Assembly: GCA_963726255.1 (NCBI GenBank)
Contig: CAVSBL010000002.1
Coordinates: 1,664,001-1,728,000 of the forward strand
DNA length: 64,000 bases
Direction: 5' to 3'
Source of the DNA: Candidatus Bathyarchaeota archaeon
GTDB lineage: Archaea > Thermoproteota > Bathyarchaeia > 40CM-2-53-6
In this document: one piece after another, positions 10,584 to 20,632 of the stretch
How positions within the stretch are numbered: the first letter of the stretch is position 1
Layout: the number at the start of each line of letters is the position of its first letter
The notes under the pieces: model-generated
What the model was told of the DNA's origin: nothing
What the model saw: only the letters and a program-made list of their open reading frames with translations
Database searches by the model: none
Program-made: the position numbers and the translations under genes

Positions 10584-10622
10584 GTGGCAAAAGGCCACAA
10601 AAAGAAGAAAATGAAGAAATAA
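10584..10622 (+). CDS. Candidate 12-aa Lys-rich microprotein MAKGHKKKKMKK
   Basis: TATA TTTTAAGT near 10511, RBS GAGGTGA 10569-10575, GTG start, then a hairpin and T-tracts. Confidence 0.45.
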   Translation: MAKGHKKKKMKK

Positions 10623-10678
10623 GACGCTAAATGTAGCTGAACAGCGTTTTTCCACGTTTTTTATCGATTATTTTTTTC
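10623..10678 (+). terminator. Hairpin plus T-tract terminator
   Basis: GACGCT...AGCGTT stem followed by several poly-T runs. Confidence 0.45.
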
Positions 10679-10750
10679 AATGATTTTCCCCCTACCAAAA
10701 ACCATCATAGGGCCTTCCTTACTGGATTTGAACTGGAGGTTACAGACAGG

Positions 10751-11533
10751 ATGAAGATTGCGGCGGTCAAGGTATTCTTCTTCGACCTCGACGGCGTACT
10801 CTCCGTGGGCAAAGAGAATCCGCGCTACTTAGGAGGCCGGGAAGTTCTCAACAAAATCAAATCCCAAGGAAAGAGATCCTTCATTCTAACAAATGATTCA
10901 ACCCACACTCGCCATGAGATTCATCAAAACCTAGCGACGCTAGGTTTCACATTTGAGCTAGAAGAAATTCTCACTTCGAGTTTTCTTACCGCAAACTACC
11001 TGACCCAGAAGTATGGAAAAGCATCATTCTTCTTGATTGGTGAGAATGGTTTGAAGCGTGAGCTTGAAGCAGCCGGACACCAAGAGAAGCATCAGAACCC
11101 TCAGGTCGTAGTAGTAGGCTTAGACAGGGGGTTGACATATGAAAAGCTGGACGATGCGTTACGGTCCCTGAGGGGAGGTGCGCAACTGGTCGGCAGCTAT
11201 GGCGGGGCGGTCTACATGAATGACCACGGCCCCGCGCTATCTGCTGGGCCAATAATCAAAGCACTAGAGTACGGCTCTAGTAAGAAGACCGTCATGATCG
11301 GTAAACCATCGCCACGCATGTTCCGACTAGCCCTTCGCTTAGCGCATGAGAAACCGTCCAACGCGGTCATGATCGGAGATCAGATAGAAACTGACCTGGT
11401 GGGCGCCCATAGGGCTGGTGTTTACACAGTTTTGGTCCTTACTGGAGTTGAAAGCCGCGAAACCATCAGCTCGTCGAAAATTAAACCGGATTTGGTAATT
11501 CAAACCGTTGATAACCTCTTGACGTACCTGTAA
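10751..11533 (+). CDS. HAD-superfamily subfamily IIA hydrolase (NagD-like)
   Basis: FDLDGV, LTN, GKPS, MIGDQIETD, VLTG motifs. Confidence 0.9.
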   Translation: MKIAAVKVFFFDLDGVLSVGKENPRYLGGREVLNKIKSQGKRSFILTNDSTHTRHEIHQNLATLGFTFELEEILTSSFLTANYLTQKYGKASFFLIGENGLKRELEAAGHQEKHQNPQVVVVGLDRGLTYEKLDDALRSLRGGAQLVGSYGGAVYMNDHGPALSAGPIIKALEYGSSKKTVMIGKPSPRMFRLALRLAHEKPSNAVMIGDQIETDLVGAHRAGVYTVLVLTGVESRETISSSKIKPDLVIQTVDNLLTYL

Positions 11534-11671
11534 CCAAAGTCTGGCACGGGGCTTACATTTTCCAGAGCTGGAATAGAATTAGGCCAACCATCGACGCGAG
11601 AGTAATCATAACGCTTAAGACTGCCGCACCCTTGTTGAGGCTTTACCGTTTGAACAGAAGTAGACTTGAAA

Positions 11672-12238
11672 ATGTCAGAGGAACAAGGACAAGCAGCCGG
11701 CGTTTCGGCACCACCTGTAAAAGTTAGCGAACTTGGCGCCTACTCAAAGCAAGTCAACACAACCGTCAAAGTCGTCCAGAAGGGCGAAGCAAGAGAAACC
11801 GTTTCTCGACAGGACGGAACAACACACCGCGTGTTGGACGCACTTGTTGGAGACGACACTGGCACAATCTACATGACCCTGTGGGACGACAACATAGACA
11901 AAGTCAACGAGGGTGACACAGTCAACGTCAAGAACGGGTACGTGCGACCGTTCAAGGGTTCGATGCGATTGAACATCGGCCGTTACGGTACCCTAGAACC
12001 AGCAGAAACCCCCCTCGGCGACGTGAACACACAGAACAACCTATCCGACAAGGTCGTTGAAGAAAGACCCTACCGCTCCTTCGGAGGCGGCGGAAGAGGC
12101 TACGGAGGCGGCGGAGGTTACGGCCGCGGTGGCGGAGGCTACGGGCGCGGCGGCGGTGGTGGCGGCGGCGGGTACGGTAGAGGCCGGGGCAGAGGCGGCT
12201 ACGGCGGCGGCAGAGACCGCGGACGCGACCGCTACTAG
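11672..12238 (+). CDS. ssb: Single-stranded DNA-binding protein (crenarchaeal-type OB fold, Gly/Arg-rich tail)
   Basis: VGDDTGTIYMTLW...NGYV..FKG...LNIGRYG OB fold, followed by a GGYGRGGG tail. Confidence 0.85.
   Translation: MSEEQGQAAGVSAPPVKVSELGAYSKQVNTTVKVVQKGEARETVSRQDGTTHRVLDALVGDDTGTIYMTLWDDNIDKVNEGDTVNVKNGYVRPFKGSMRLNIGRYGTLEPAETPLGDVNTQNNLSDKVVEERPYRSFGGGGRGYGGGGGYGRGGGGYGRGGGGGGGGYGRGRGRGGYGGGRDRGRDRY
12083..12235 (+). repeat. Low-complexity GGC-rich coding repeat (GGGYGRGG)n
   Basis: Tandem GGCGGC/TACGG units encoding the RGG/YGG tail of SSB. Confidence 0.8.
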
Positions 12239-12310
12239 AAACCGGATTTGCAGCAGACCGCTGCGGAAAAACTCCTACAATCTTTTTTCTTTTAGTCTTC
12301 TCGGCCTAGC

Positions 12311-12526
12311 TCATCTTGACAGCATTAGGATGAGTTCGCGAAGTTTCTTTGGAAATCTTTGACTGTGAATTCGGTAACCTTTCTCGCGTAGAATCTTGCC
12401 CAACCTTAACGAGCCTGCCCAAAGTTCTTCCTTCGTCGTCCAGCAAATCCGTTCGTCCTGAACAAACCAAACCTCGTTGTCGCTAGCGATAACGTCGACC
12501 CCGTCAATCTTCCGGCGTAGGCCCAT
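12311..12526 (-). CDS. Hypothetical protein, 71 aa
   Basis: ATG ORF filling the gap, divergent from the ParB-like gene. Confidence 0.55.
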   Translation of the reverse strand: MGLRRKIDGVDVIASDNEVWFVQDERICWTTKEELWAGSLRLGKILREKGYRIHSQRFPKKLRELILMLSR

Positions 12527-12612
12527 TGATCCCTAATCCCTACACTCCAATTCCCTAAACAGAACAATTTAAAATTGTATACTGTACCGTAAACTAGTGT
12601 AGGGTACCCTTT

Positions 12613-13485
12613 ATGGCTGCCATGACGGACCTTGAAACCGTAAAACTATTCGTTGGCGAATCGAACGTTCGCAAATCGGTAGGAGACATAACCGAACTGA
12701 AACTGTCGATTCAAGAGAAGGGAATCCTAGAACCACTGCTAGTCAGGCCGCTCAAGAATAGGTTCGAAATCGTTGTCGGGTCGAGAAGGTATGAGGCCGC
12801 GAAGTCGCTTGGCCTGAAAAAAGTGCCCGCTATCATAAGGCCGATGAGTGACACCGAAGCGCTTTCTCTCTCACTCGTCGAGAACATTCAAAGGAACGAT
12901 CTTGAGCTTGAGGAAGAGGCGGAAGCCGTTCTCAAACTTATGAAACTCGATCCGAAACGGTTTGCAAACGCGAAGGCTGTTGCAAAAGTGATCGGCCGGT
13001 CCGAGAACTCAATCCGCGAGCTGCTGGATGCGTACGAGCTCACCTTCAAACTCAGAGCTAGGGGGATGGACATCCATGCTGCCAGAGCTCCGTCGGACGA
13101 GCAGAGGAGACGCGCGGAAGCAATCCCGCTAGCGCACACTGAACTAGTCGCTCGCGCTTTGAAAACAGCTGAGGTGAGAAGGCTTTCGAGCCGAGATTTT
13201 GATCGCAAGGTGCCAGAGATAGTTAGGGCGATCGCCCCCCTACCCGAAGAGGATGCCCGTAAGGTTGTTGATCGTTTCAAAATGTTCCCTGAGAAAACGA
13301 TAGAAGCAATCAAAGAAGAAGCGCTGGCGAAACAAACTGGGGTCTCGATCAAAGTCTACTTCGCGCCCAGAATCGGGCGGGCCCTTAATCAAGCGGCTGA
13401 AGAACGCGATATCTCAGAAGAAGAGTTAGTCTCAATCGCAGTTGAAGAATGGCTCGTTTCAAAAGGATACCTGAAATCAGTCTGA
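12613..13485 (+). CDS. ParB/Spo0J-family protein with C-terminal ribbon-helix-helix-like domain
   Basis: SIQEKGILEPLLVRP...VVGSRRYEA, ENIQRNDL. C-terminus 'SIKVYFAPRIGRALNQAAEERDISEEELVSIAVEEWL'. Confidence 0.85.
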   Translation: MAAMTDLETVKLFVGESNVRKSVGDITELKLSIQEKGILEPLLVRPLKNRFEIVVGSRRYEAAKSLGLKKVPAIIRPMSDTEALSLSLVENIQRNDLELEEEAEAVLKLMKLDPKRFANAKAVAKVIGRSENSIRELLDAYELTFKLRARGMDIHAARAPSDEQRRRAEAIPLAHTELVARALKTAEVRRLSSRDFDRKVPEIVRAIAPLPEEDARKVVDRFKMFPEKTIEAIKEEALAKQTGVSIKVYFAPRIGRALNQAAEERDISEEELVSIAVEEWLVSKGYLKSV

Positions 13486-13515
13486 GAACGCTTCCACCGT
13501 TCGGGCTATGACTTC

Positions 13516-14157
13516 CTAGAGCGACGGAAGAATGTAATGCGTGACGAAGTAAAGCAAGACGAAATATACAGCGAGCAACCCGATCGAAATCAACAAGTTT
13601 CTCTTCCACTGCACGCTCCAAGCTATGCCCAGCGGTAGCCCAAGTGAGAACCCGATGATGTGCGATATGTAGGCTACATTACTCTGCTGTTGGTAGTAGA
13701 CCGCCAACCCGTTGTAAAGGAAGTACAGTATGGCAACTAACCCCACAGGCATGAACAGGAGCCAAGACCACCTCAAAGGTTTCATCAACATTACGACGGC
13801 AGTCAACGTGAAGATTGCGGCAGAAGCTCCGACGAAACTTGTACCAGGCGGAAAGAAAGGGATACTCAACGGAAAACTAAGTATGCCCCCGAGGAAGAAA
13901 GCAGTAAGCATCTGACGTTTGGAGTTTGTCACACTCTCCAACGTATTTCCGAAAACGTACAGAAAAATCATGTTTCCCAGTATGTGAAGGATGCTAGCGT
14001 GGACGAAGATCGCTGTAACGAGCGTCCAAACTCTTCCCTCTTGCAGATTAGTAAGACTGAAAGCAAGGTAACGGTCCACATCAGCGGGACTCATCGCAGT
14101 CCAGGCGTAAAGAGTCACCACAACGCAAATCAGAATGAGAATGTTTGTGGCACGCAT
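13516..14157 (-). CDS. Rhomboid-family intramembrane serine protease
   Basis: WTLVTAIFVH...HILGNM, GASAA catalytic Ser, 'AYISHIIG' catalytic His. Confidence 0.9.
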   Translation of the reverse strand: MRATNILILICVVVTLYAWTAMSPADVDRYLAFSLTNLQEGRVWTLVTAIFVHASILHILGNMIFLYVFGNTLESVTNSKRQMLTAFFLGGILSFPLSIPFFPPGTSFVGASAAIFTLTAVVMLMKPLRWSWLLFMPVGLVAILYFLYNGLAVYYQQQSNVAYISHIIGFSLGLPLGIAWSVQWKRNLLISIGLLAVYFVLLYFVTHYILPSL

Positions 14158-14218
14158 GGCTGACAACTCCGCCGTAGCAAATCCACAGCCCATCACTCAA
14201 AAAGCTAACCCAAGCCTC

Positions 14219-14899
14219 ATGTCAGAAACGCTCCTCGTGATCCCGACTCTTAACGAAGAAGACGCGATCGAAGGACTGCTGGCCGAATCACGCGCATGCG
14301 GTTTCAAGAACATAATCGTGGTCGATGGTAAAAGCACTGACCGAACGAAAGAAATTGCAGAAAAAGCCGGCGTCAAAGTCATCATACAGGATTTCGGCAA
14401 AGGCAAGGGGTGCGGCATCCGAACCGCAATGAGAGATTTTCTCCAAAGCACAGCCAAGGTACTTTGTATCATAGACGGTGACGGGACGAACGACCCGTCG
14501 TGGCTCACAAAGATGATGACAATTGTCGAGAACGATAAGGCAGACGTGGTTCTAGGTTCGAGGACTCGTGGTCCGAGGGATGCTCATTCGATGCCCTTGG
14601 TAAGCCTCGCATCCAATGTCACGGTTTCATTCTTACTCGGGGCCAAGTTCCGGCGTCTGTTTACAGATGTTCAAACCGGGTACTGGGTATTCACTAGGGA
14701 TTCAGTTCAGCGAATCTACCCCGAAATTCATTCAACGGGATTCGAAATTGAATTGGAACTCTTCGTCACACTCTTCAAAGAAGGCCTCCGGGTACAAGAG
14801 ATTCCGGTCGGCTTTAGGCTGCGCAAAGGAACAACCAAATTCAGTTTCGGGATGCGCATCAGGAACTTATACTATGCATTCAAGTTCCTTGCATCATGA
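14219..14899 (+). CDS. Glycosyltransferase family 2 (dolichol-phosphate glycosyltransferase-like)
   Basis: IPTLNEE, VVDGKSTDRT, DGDG, VLGSR, TDVQTGY, GFEIELE. Confidence 0.9.
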   Translation: MSETLLVIPTLNEEDAIEGLLAESRACGFKNIIVVDGKSTDRTKEIAEKAGVKVIIQDFGKGKGCGIRTAMRDFLQSTAKVLCIIDGDGTNDPSWLTKMMTIVENDKADVVLGSRTRGPRDAHSMPLVSLASNVTVSFLLGAKFRRLFTDVQTGYWVFTRDSVQRIYPEIHSTGFEIELELFVTLFKEGLRVQEIPVGFRLRKGTTKFSFGMRIRNLYYAFKFLAS

Positions 14900-14998
14900 A
14901 GTGCAGCTCAGACAGAATGTTCGATGGTCAGAGCGGCCAGTTTCGCAGGATAAAGAAAAGCTAAGTTCAGCGGCTACCATTCATCGCGCAGAACGAGT

Positions 14999-16588
14999 AT
15001 GACCTTGAGGATAAAGACCACCCTACTGAGCGTTTACGATAAGACTGGTATTGTTGATTTCGCTCGCGGGCTCCGCGAATTAGGAGTAGAATTGCTGTCA
15101 ACAGGCGGGACAGGAAAATTGCTGTCTGAAAAAGGAATTGCAGTCCGTGATATTGCAGATTACACCGGCTTTCCCGAAATTCTGGACGGCCGCGTTAAGA
15201 GCCTGCATCCGAAAATTCACGCTGGCTTACTATTTAGACGTGGCATAGCAAGCGACCGCGATACCATCGACAAGCTGGGAATCATGCCGATCGATATGGT
15301 TGTCGTGAACCTATATCCGTTCGAGAAAGTCGCGGCACAATCGCCTAGCTTGGACAATGCCTTGGAAAACATCGACATTGGTGGTCCTACAATGATTCGG
15401 GCAGCTGCGAAGAACTATCAGAGTGTGGCTGTAGTAACCGACCCGGCTGATTATTTGCAAGTTCTCGCCGAACTCAGGGGCAACAATGGAAATCTCTCTG
15501 AGAAGACTAGCTCGCAGTTAATGCTCAAGGCTTTCGAACGCACAGCAGCTTATGATGCCGCGATTTCATCATTCTTCCAAACCAGAGCGCGGAATGGTGT
15601 GCGCAGCGAATGGCCCGCCCCTCGAAGCCTAGTATTGAATTTCGAGAAAATCCATGACTTACGCTACGGTGAGAACCCGCACCAGAAGGCTGCAGTCTAC
15701 CGCAACCGATACGAGAACGATTGCATAGCTTCCTCCCCCATGGTAGCGGGCGAGAAAGAGCTAAGCTACACAAACATACTCGACGCCGACGCTGCTTACA
15801 GCTTGGTAGCCGAACTCGGGGGCATCGTTGCCACAGCCATAATCAAACACACGAACCCTTGTGGCGTTGGAAAAGGGAAGACACTGGCGGAATCATGCCG
15901 CAAAGCTTTGGAAACTGACCCTGTCTCATCCTTTGGCGGGGTTTACTCATTCACAAGGCCAGTCGACATTGAAACTGCCAATCTGCTCAGCGACAAGTTT
16001 GTCGAGCTGGTTCTAGCGCCAGGGTTCGAAGATGAAGCCCTGCGTGTTCTTTCGGCAAAGAAGAATCGACGCATTCTTAACATTTCAGGGCAATTGAATG
16101 CTAACAGGAAGGAATCGGGAACCCAGAAAAACTTTCGTTGGATCCACGGCGGCATCCTTTACCAAGACCAGGATGAACAACTTATTGACGAACAAAACCG
16201 GAAAACCGTAACGAAACGGCAGCCGACTCCTAGCGAGTTGGATGCCCTTCTGTTTGCGTGGAAAATTGTGAAGCATGTCAAGTCGAACGCCATTGTACTA
16301 TCCACACCAGAGCAACTTGTCGGAGTGGGAGCAGGACAAATGAGCAGAGTTGACTCGTGTAAAATCGCACTGATGAAAGCGCAGGACGCGGGGCTAAATG
16401 TTAAGGGAACCGTTATGGCATCGGACGCCTTCCTTCCATTCAGGGACTCCGTTGACTTGATGGGCAAAGCAGGGGTAACTGCAATCATTCAACCTGGCGG
16501 TTCGATACGCGACCCCGAAGTAATACGGGCAGCAGACGAGTTCGGAATGGCGATGCAGTTCACCGGCATAAGGCACTTCGTGCACTAG
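14999..16588 (+). CDS. purH: Bifunctional AICAR transformylase/IMP cyclohydrolase
   Basis: LLSVYDKTG, STGGT, DGRVKSLHP, IDIGGP, RYGENPHQ, KSNAI, GAGQMSRVD, IIQPGGSIRD, RHF.H. Confidence 0.96.
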   Translation: MTLRIKTTLLSVYDKTGIVDFARGLRELGVELLSTGGTGKLLSEKGIAVRDIADYTGFPEILDGRVKSLHPKIHAGLLFRRGIASDRDTIDKLGIMPIDMVVVNLYPFEKVAAQSPSLDNALENIDIGGPTMIRAAAKNYQSVAVVTDPADYLQVLAELRGNNGNLSEKTSSQLMLKAFERTAAYDAAISSFFQTRARNGVRSEWPAPRSLVLNFEKIHDLRYGENPHQKAAVYRNRYENDCIASSPMVAGEKELSYTNILDADAAYSLVAELGGIVATAIIKHTNPCGVGKGKTLAESCRKALETDPVSSFGGVYSFTRPVDIETANLLSDKFVELVLAPGFEDEALRVLSAKKNRRILNISGQLNANRKESGTQKNFRWIHGGILYQDQDEQLIDEQNRKTVTKRQPTPSELDALLFAWKIVKHVKSNAIVLSTPEQLVGVGAGQMSRVDSCKIALMKAQDAGLNVKGTVMASDAFLPFRDSVDLMGKAGVTAIIQPGGSIRDPEVIRAADEFGMAMQFTGIRHFVH

Positions 16589-16802
16589 AAAGTGAGAACG
16601 AGGCGGACGGATTTCCAGTGGAACACTGGCATCACCTTTCAACATCGCGATAACAAAATCACCTTAGGCGGCCTAGCTCTACGTGTTGACGCATGTGAAT
16701 CAAAGACTCCGCCAACCGTCAGTCTCTAGCAGAACGAATCCGAAGAAAGGGACACAATCGTGTTAAAAATGGCTTTTACGTTCACGTGAATATTAACAAA
16801 AC

Positions 16803-17531
16803 ATGTCAGTTTCTATCCTTTCGTCAGGTAAAACGAAGACTGTTTCGCCTGCCGACCAACCTAACCAAGCGATTCTAACCTTTCGGGACGATGTTACTGC
16901 TGGTGACGGCAAAAAGCACGATATTCTTCCCGGAAAAGGCAAGATTAATGCGGCGATAACCGCGAAACTCTACGGAGTTTTCACGGAACATCAAATTTCA
17001 AATCACCTTCTCAAGCAACTTGACGATGTTCGTCTCCTCGTTACGAAGCTGGAAATGATACCAGTAGAAGTTGTCTGCAGAATTCGCGCAGCCGGCCACT
17101 TCATAGGTATTGGAAAGCTCTTCAAGAACGGCGACAAGCTCCCGTTTCCTATTGTTGAGTTCTACTTGAAAGATGACTCGCTCCACGATCCAATGCTAAC
17201 TGACCAGCATCTCAAGCTCCTCCAACTTGCCAACGATGACGAAATTGAAGAAATCAAGCAGGTCACACTGAAGGCCGCGACCGTACTAGAGAAGTTCTTC
17301 GATGAAAGAGGAGCAATTCTCGTGGACTTCAAACTCGAATTCGGGCGGGATGCCAACGGCAAACTCTTGGTCGGTGATGAACTAAGCCCAGATTCTTGGA
17401 GGCTTTGGGACAAAGAGACTAAGGAAATCTTGGACAAGGACAGGTACCGCAAGGATCTGCCTGGAGTTTTCGAGCTAGGGTACATGGAACCCTTCAGGAG
17501 AGTTTGTAGTGGAACAAACATTCTCAGTTGA
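16803..17531 (+). CDS. purC: SAICAR synthetase
   Basis: GKTK, FRDDVTAGDG, MIPVEVV, LVDFKLEFG, DELSPDSWRLWD. Confidence 0.95.
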   Translation: MSVSILSSGKTKTVSPADQPNQAILTFRDDVTAGDGKKHDILPGKGKINAAITAKLYGVFTEHQISNHLLKQLDDVRLLVTKLEMIPVEVVCRIRAAGHFIGIGKLFKNGDKLPFPIVEFYLKDDSLHDPMLTDQHLKLLQLANDDEIEEIKQVTLKAATVLEKFFDERGAILVDFKLEFGRDANGKLLVGDELSPDSWRLWDKETKEILDKDRYRKDLPGVFELGYMEPFRRVCSGTNILS

Positions 17532-17769
17532 GATAGTCATATCCAACAAGCCACGGGCCCGAGACCCTGAGGGGGAGACCATAGAACGTGACTTAATCCA
17601 CAAGGAAGGATTCCATTCAGTGAAGGAAGTCCGGACAGGCAAACTGCTAATGGTTAAGGTCGAAGCATCAAACGAGGACGAGGCAAGGAACAAAGCCCTC
17701 CAAATGTGCAACGACCTGAGACTGTACAACCCAGTCGCGCACGCATTAAACGTGAGAGTTAGGCAATAG
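17509..17769 (+). CDS. purS: FGAM synthase subunit PurS
   Basis: DPEGETI, VRTGK, L.NPV motifs, located between purC and purQ. Confidence 0.9.
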   Translation: MEQTFSVEIVISNKPRARDPEGETIERDLIHKEGFHSVKEVRTGKLLMVKVEASNEDEARNKALQMCNDLRLYNPVAHALNVRVRQ

Positions 17770-17771
17770 AC

Positions 17772-18440
17772 TTGAAGGTCGCGGTAATTCAGTTTCCGGG
17801 AAGCAACTGTGACCGTGACACTCTACACGTTCTCAGGAACGTGCTGAGTCTCGATGCGGACCTCATTTGGCACAACGATTTCAATGATTCATCATATGAT
17901 GCCGCGGTTCTACCCGGCGGGTTCAGCTTCGGCGACCACCTGAGAGCCGGCATTATCGCAGCCCACTCACCCGCAATCGACGCAATAAGGAAAATGGCTG
18001 AAGATGGAAGACCGGTTATTGGCATTTGCAACGGCTTCCAAATCCTGGTTGAAGCTGGCCTCATTCCGGGGGCACTGTTGCGTAATTCATCGTTGAAGTT
18101 CGTGTGCAAGTGGATGAACCTGCGTGTGGAGAGGAGCCGGACAGCATTCACCAACTTGTTTGAAGGAATTCCGCAGATCAGGATGCCCATAGCCCACAAT
18201 GAGGGGCGTTTCTTTGCTGAAGACGAAGTCCTTGACCACTTGGCAGGCGAAGGGATGGTTGTCATAACATATGCCGGCGAGAACCCTACGGGAACATCCC
18301 GCAGTATAGCTTCACTCTCTAACAAAGAAGGAAACGTCGTTGGCATGATGCCCCATCCGGAACGGGCAAGTGACCCCGCACTTGGTGGAACGGATGGGTT
18401 GAGAGTTTTCAAGTCAATGGTAGAGTGGATCAGATGCTAG
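17772..18440 (+). CDS. purQ: FGAM synthase glutaminase subunit
   Basis: FPGSNCDRD, PGGFSFGD, GICNGFQIL, MMPHPER. Confidence 0.95.
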   Translation: MKVAVIQFPGSNCDRDTLHVLRNVLSLDADLIWHNDFNDSSYDAAVLPGGFSFGDHLRAGIIAAHSPAIDAIRKMAEDGRPVIGICNGFQILVEAGLIPGALLRNSSLKFVCKWMNLRVERSRTAFTNLFEGIPQIRMPIAHNEGRFFAEDEVLDHLAGEGMVVITYAGENPTGTSRSIASLSNKEGNVVGMMPHPERASDPALGGTDGLRVFKSMVEWIRC

Positions 18441-20632
18441 TAGGCGAACTGGAAACTACACTTACGCCGGAGGAGATGGGGTTCGCGCGCCAGCAGCTGG
18501 GAAGGGAGCCGAACGGCCTCGAATGGGCTATGATAGACGCTGAATGGAGTGAGCACTGCAGTTACAAATCATCAAGACACGTGCTCGCGACGCTTCCGAC
18601 ATCGGGTAGGAACGTGCTGGTTGGGCCTGGATATGATTCAGGCGTTGTGGACATTGGTGACGGTTATGTTGTAACGATTCACATTGAGAGCCACAATCAT
18701 CCTAGCGCTGTCGATCCTTACGGGGGAGCGGCCACGGGAATAGGTGGCGTTGTTCGTGACATTCTCTGCATGGGCACGACGCCGATCGCATTCCTCGACG
18801 CTCTGAAGTTCGGTGAGATAGCCGAGAGTGATCATTCAAAGTGGATCATGAAGAATGTGGTTCGGGGAATTGCGGATTACGGTAACTGCATCGGTGTGCC
18901 AACAGTCGCCGGCGAGGTTGAATTTGATACTTGCTTTGAAAGAAACTGCCTAGTGGATGTAGCTTGTCTGGGAGTTGGAAGAAAAGAAGAACTCCTGTTG
19001 GCCCAGGCAACCCACATTGGTGACGGTGTCTATCTGATTGGCGGTTCCACAGGCCGAGACGGAATTCACGGAGCAACATTCGCGTCCAGAACCCTCGGAG
19101 CGGACCCAGATCAAGATAGGTCAGCCGTTCAAATCCCGGATCCTTTCACAAAGAAGCTAATCATCGAAGTGTCGCTGGAAGCTGCCCGTGCTAGGATTCT
19201 TAGGGGCTGTAAGGATCTGGGTGGGGGCGGATTAGCGACAGGTCTCTCTGAAATAGCCGACAAAGGCGGCACGGGCCTCAACGTGTACCTGGAGAAGGTC
19301 CCTATTCGCGAAGCCGACATGACCCCCATTGAGGTTTTGATCTCAGAATCCCAAGAAAGAATGCTCTTTGTCGTCAAAGAGGGTTCTGAGGAAGTTTTGG
19401 ATGGCATCGTCCGGAAGTATGGCGTGGGTAGTGCCCGCATAGGCGAGGTCACATCAACCGGCAGAATCATGGTTTTTCGCCGTAAGGAACAACTCGCGAA
19501 CCTTCCCACACCTCTACTCGCAAACGCGCCAACAATCCGCCGAAAGGGTCGCATGCCACGTCTACGAAACCTTGAACCAGCACCTGCGCATTCCAGCGAT
19601 CTTGGACAGAGCCTTTTGGGCGTATTGGCTGCGCCCACGATTGCGAGCAAGGATTGGGTGTTCCAGCAGTATGACCATGAAGTCGGAATCGGAACTATGG
19701 CAAAACCCGGAGAGGCAGACGCGGCCGCGCTGAAACTGCCCAACGGAAAATACGCTGTCGTTAAGGTAGATGGAAACGCACGGTTCTGCGACTTGGACCC
19801 GTACGTTGGTGCCGCCAGTGTTCTGGCTGAATGCTGTCGCAATGTTGTGGCTGTAGGAGCGGAACCAGTAGCTTTCCTCGACCACTGCCAGTTCGGTGAC
19901 CCCAATGACGAGGAGATATTCTGGGCGTTCTCAAGGGCAATCGAAGGCATAGCTGACTTCGCTAGAGCCTATCCCTTGCCATGTGTCGGCGGCAAAGTCA
20001 GTTTCTACAACCAGGAGGAACAAAACCGCAAGGCGATCAAATCATCTCCGGTCATCAGCGTACTTGGTCTGATTGAGAAGGCCAACCGTCTCACTAAAAT
20101 GGGGTTCAGAGATGATGGCGAGGTCGTAATCATCGTGGGCGAAACGAAACCTGAGCTCGGTGGATCAGAATACTATCACACCTTAGGATGCGTCGGCAGG
20201 GAACCTCCCTCATTAGATTTCGAACTTGAAGTTCGCACTCAGAGAAGTGTCCTAGAATGCATACGGGATGGCCTTGTCACCGCTTGCCATGATGTTTCAA
20301 AAGGCGGCTTAGGAGTTGCCGTCGCTGAGATGGCTATCGCTGGCGGCAGGGGGGCATCAGTCGATTGCGCACCCCTCTACACCAAGAAGATGCATTCCGA
20401 CGAACTCTTGTTCTCGGAGACGAATTCAAGGTTCATCATAACTACCAAGGATCCTTCTCATGTTTCAGAAACACTATCGACGGCGAATGTTCCCGCGATT
20501 GTTGCAGGCACAGTTGGGGGTAACTCACTGCACTTCGGGCTGGGCCACAGCCGACTGGATTTTTCGTTAGAGACGCTCCGCAAAGCATACATGGATTCGC
20601 TGCAGGCGATTCTGGAGCCTTGGCAGAAGTAA
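18434..20632 (+). CDS. purL: FGAM synthase subunit PurL
   Basis: WSEHCSYKSS, ESHNHPS, TGRDGIHGA, SESQERM, QYDHEV. Confidence 0.96.
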   Translation: MLVGELETTLTPEEMGFARQQLGREPNGLEWAMIDAEWSEHCSYKSSRHVLATLPTSGRNVLVGPGYDSGVVDIGDGYVVTIHIESHNHPSAVDPYGGAATGIGGVVRDILCMGTTPIAFLDALKFGEIAESDHSKWIMKNVVRGIADYGNCIGVPTVAGEVEFDTCFERNCLVDVACLGVGRKEELLLAQATHIGDGVYLIGGSTGRDGIHGATFASRTLGADPDQDRSAVQIPDPFTKKLIIEVSLEAARARILRGCKDLGGGGLATGLSEIADKGGTGLNVYLEKVPIREADMTPIEVLISESQERMLFVVKEGSEEVLDGIVRKYGVGSARIGEVTSTGRIMVFRRKEQLANLPTPLLANAPTIRRKGRMPRLRNLEPAPAHSSDLGQSLLGVLAAPTIASKDWVFQQYDHEVGIGTMAKPGEADAAALKLPNGKYAVVKVDGNARFCDLDPYVGAASVLAECCRNVVAVGAEPVAFLDHCQFGDPNDEEIFWAFSRAIEGIADFARAYPLPCVGGKVSFYNQEEQNRKAIKSSPVISVLGLIEKANRLTKMGFRDDGEVVIIVGETKPELGGSEYYHTLGCVGREPPSLDFELEVRTQRSVLECIRDGLVTACHDVSKGGLGVAVAEMAIAGGRGASVDCAPLYTKKMHSDELLFSETNSRFIITTKDPSHVSETLSTANVPAIVAGTVGGNSLHFGLGHSRLDFSLETLRKAYMDSLQAILEPWQK

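Noticed and set aside
12083-12235. GGC-rich repeat as a separate DNA element
   Set aside because: Fully explained by the Gly/Arg/Tyr tail of SSB.
14988-16737. GCAGAACGA shared upstream of purH and purC as a pur operator
   Set aside because: Only two 9-mer copies at inconsistent distances from the starts, which could be chance.
16590-16800. Possible purine-sensing (ZTP-like) riboswitch between purH and purC
   Set aside because: GACTGACG...GCCGCCT resemblance is on the opposite strand to the pur genes, and the GGGGAG and pseudoknot pairing do not fit.
17789-19950. Long antisense ORFs (17789-18412, 19129-19950 and many similar in the track)
   Set aside because: They are shadow frames of conserved genes on the opposite strand, with no motifs or RBS.
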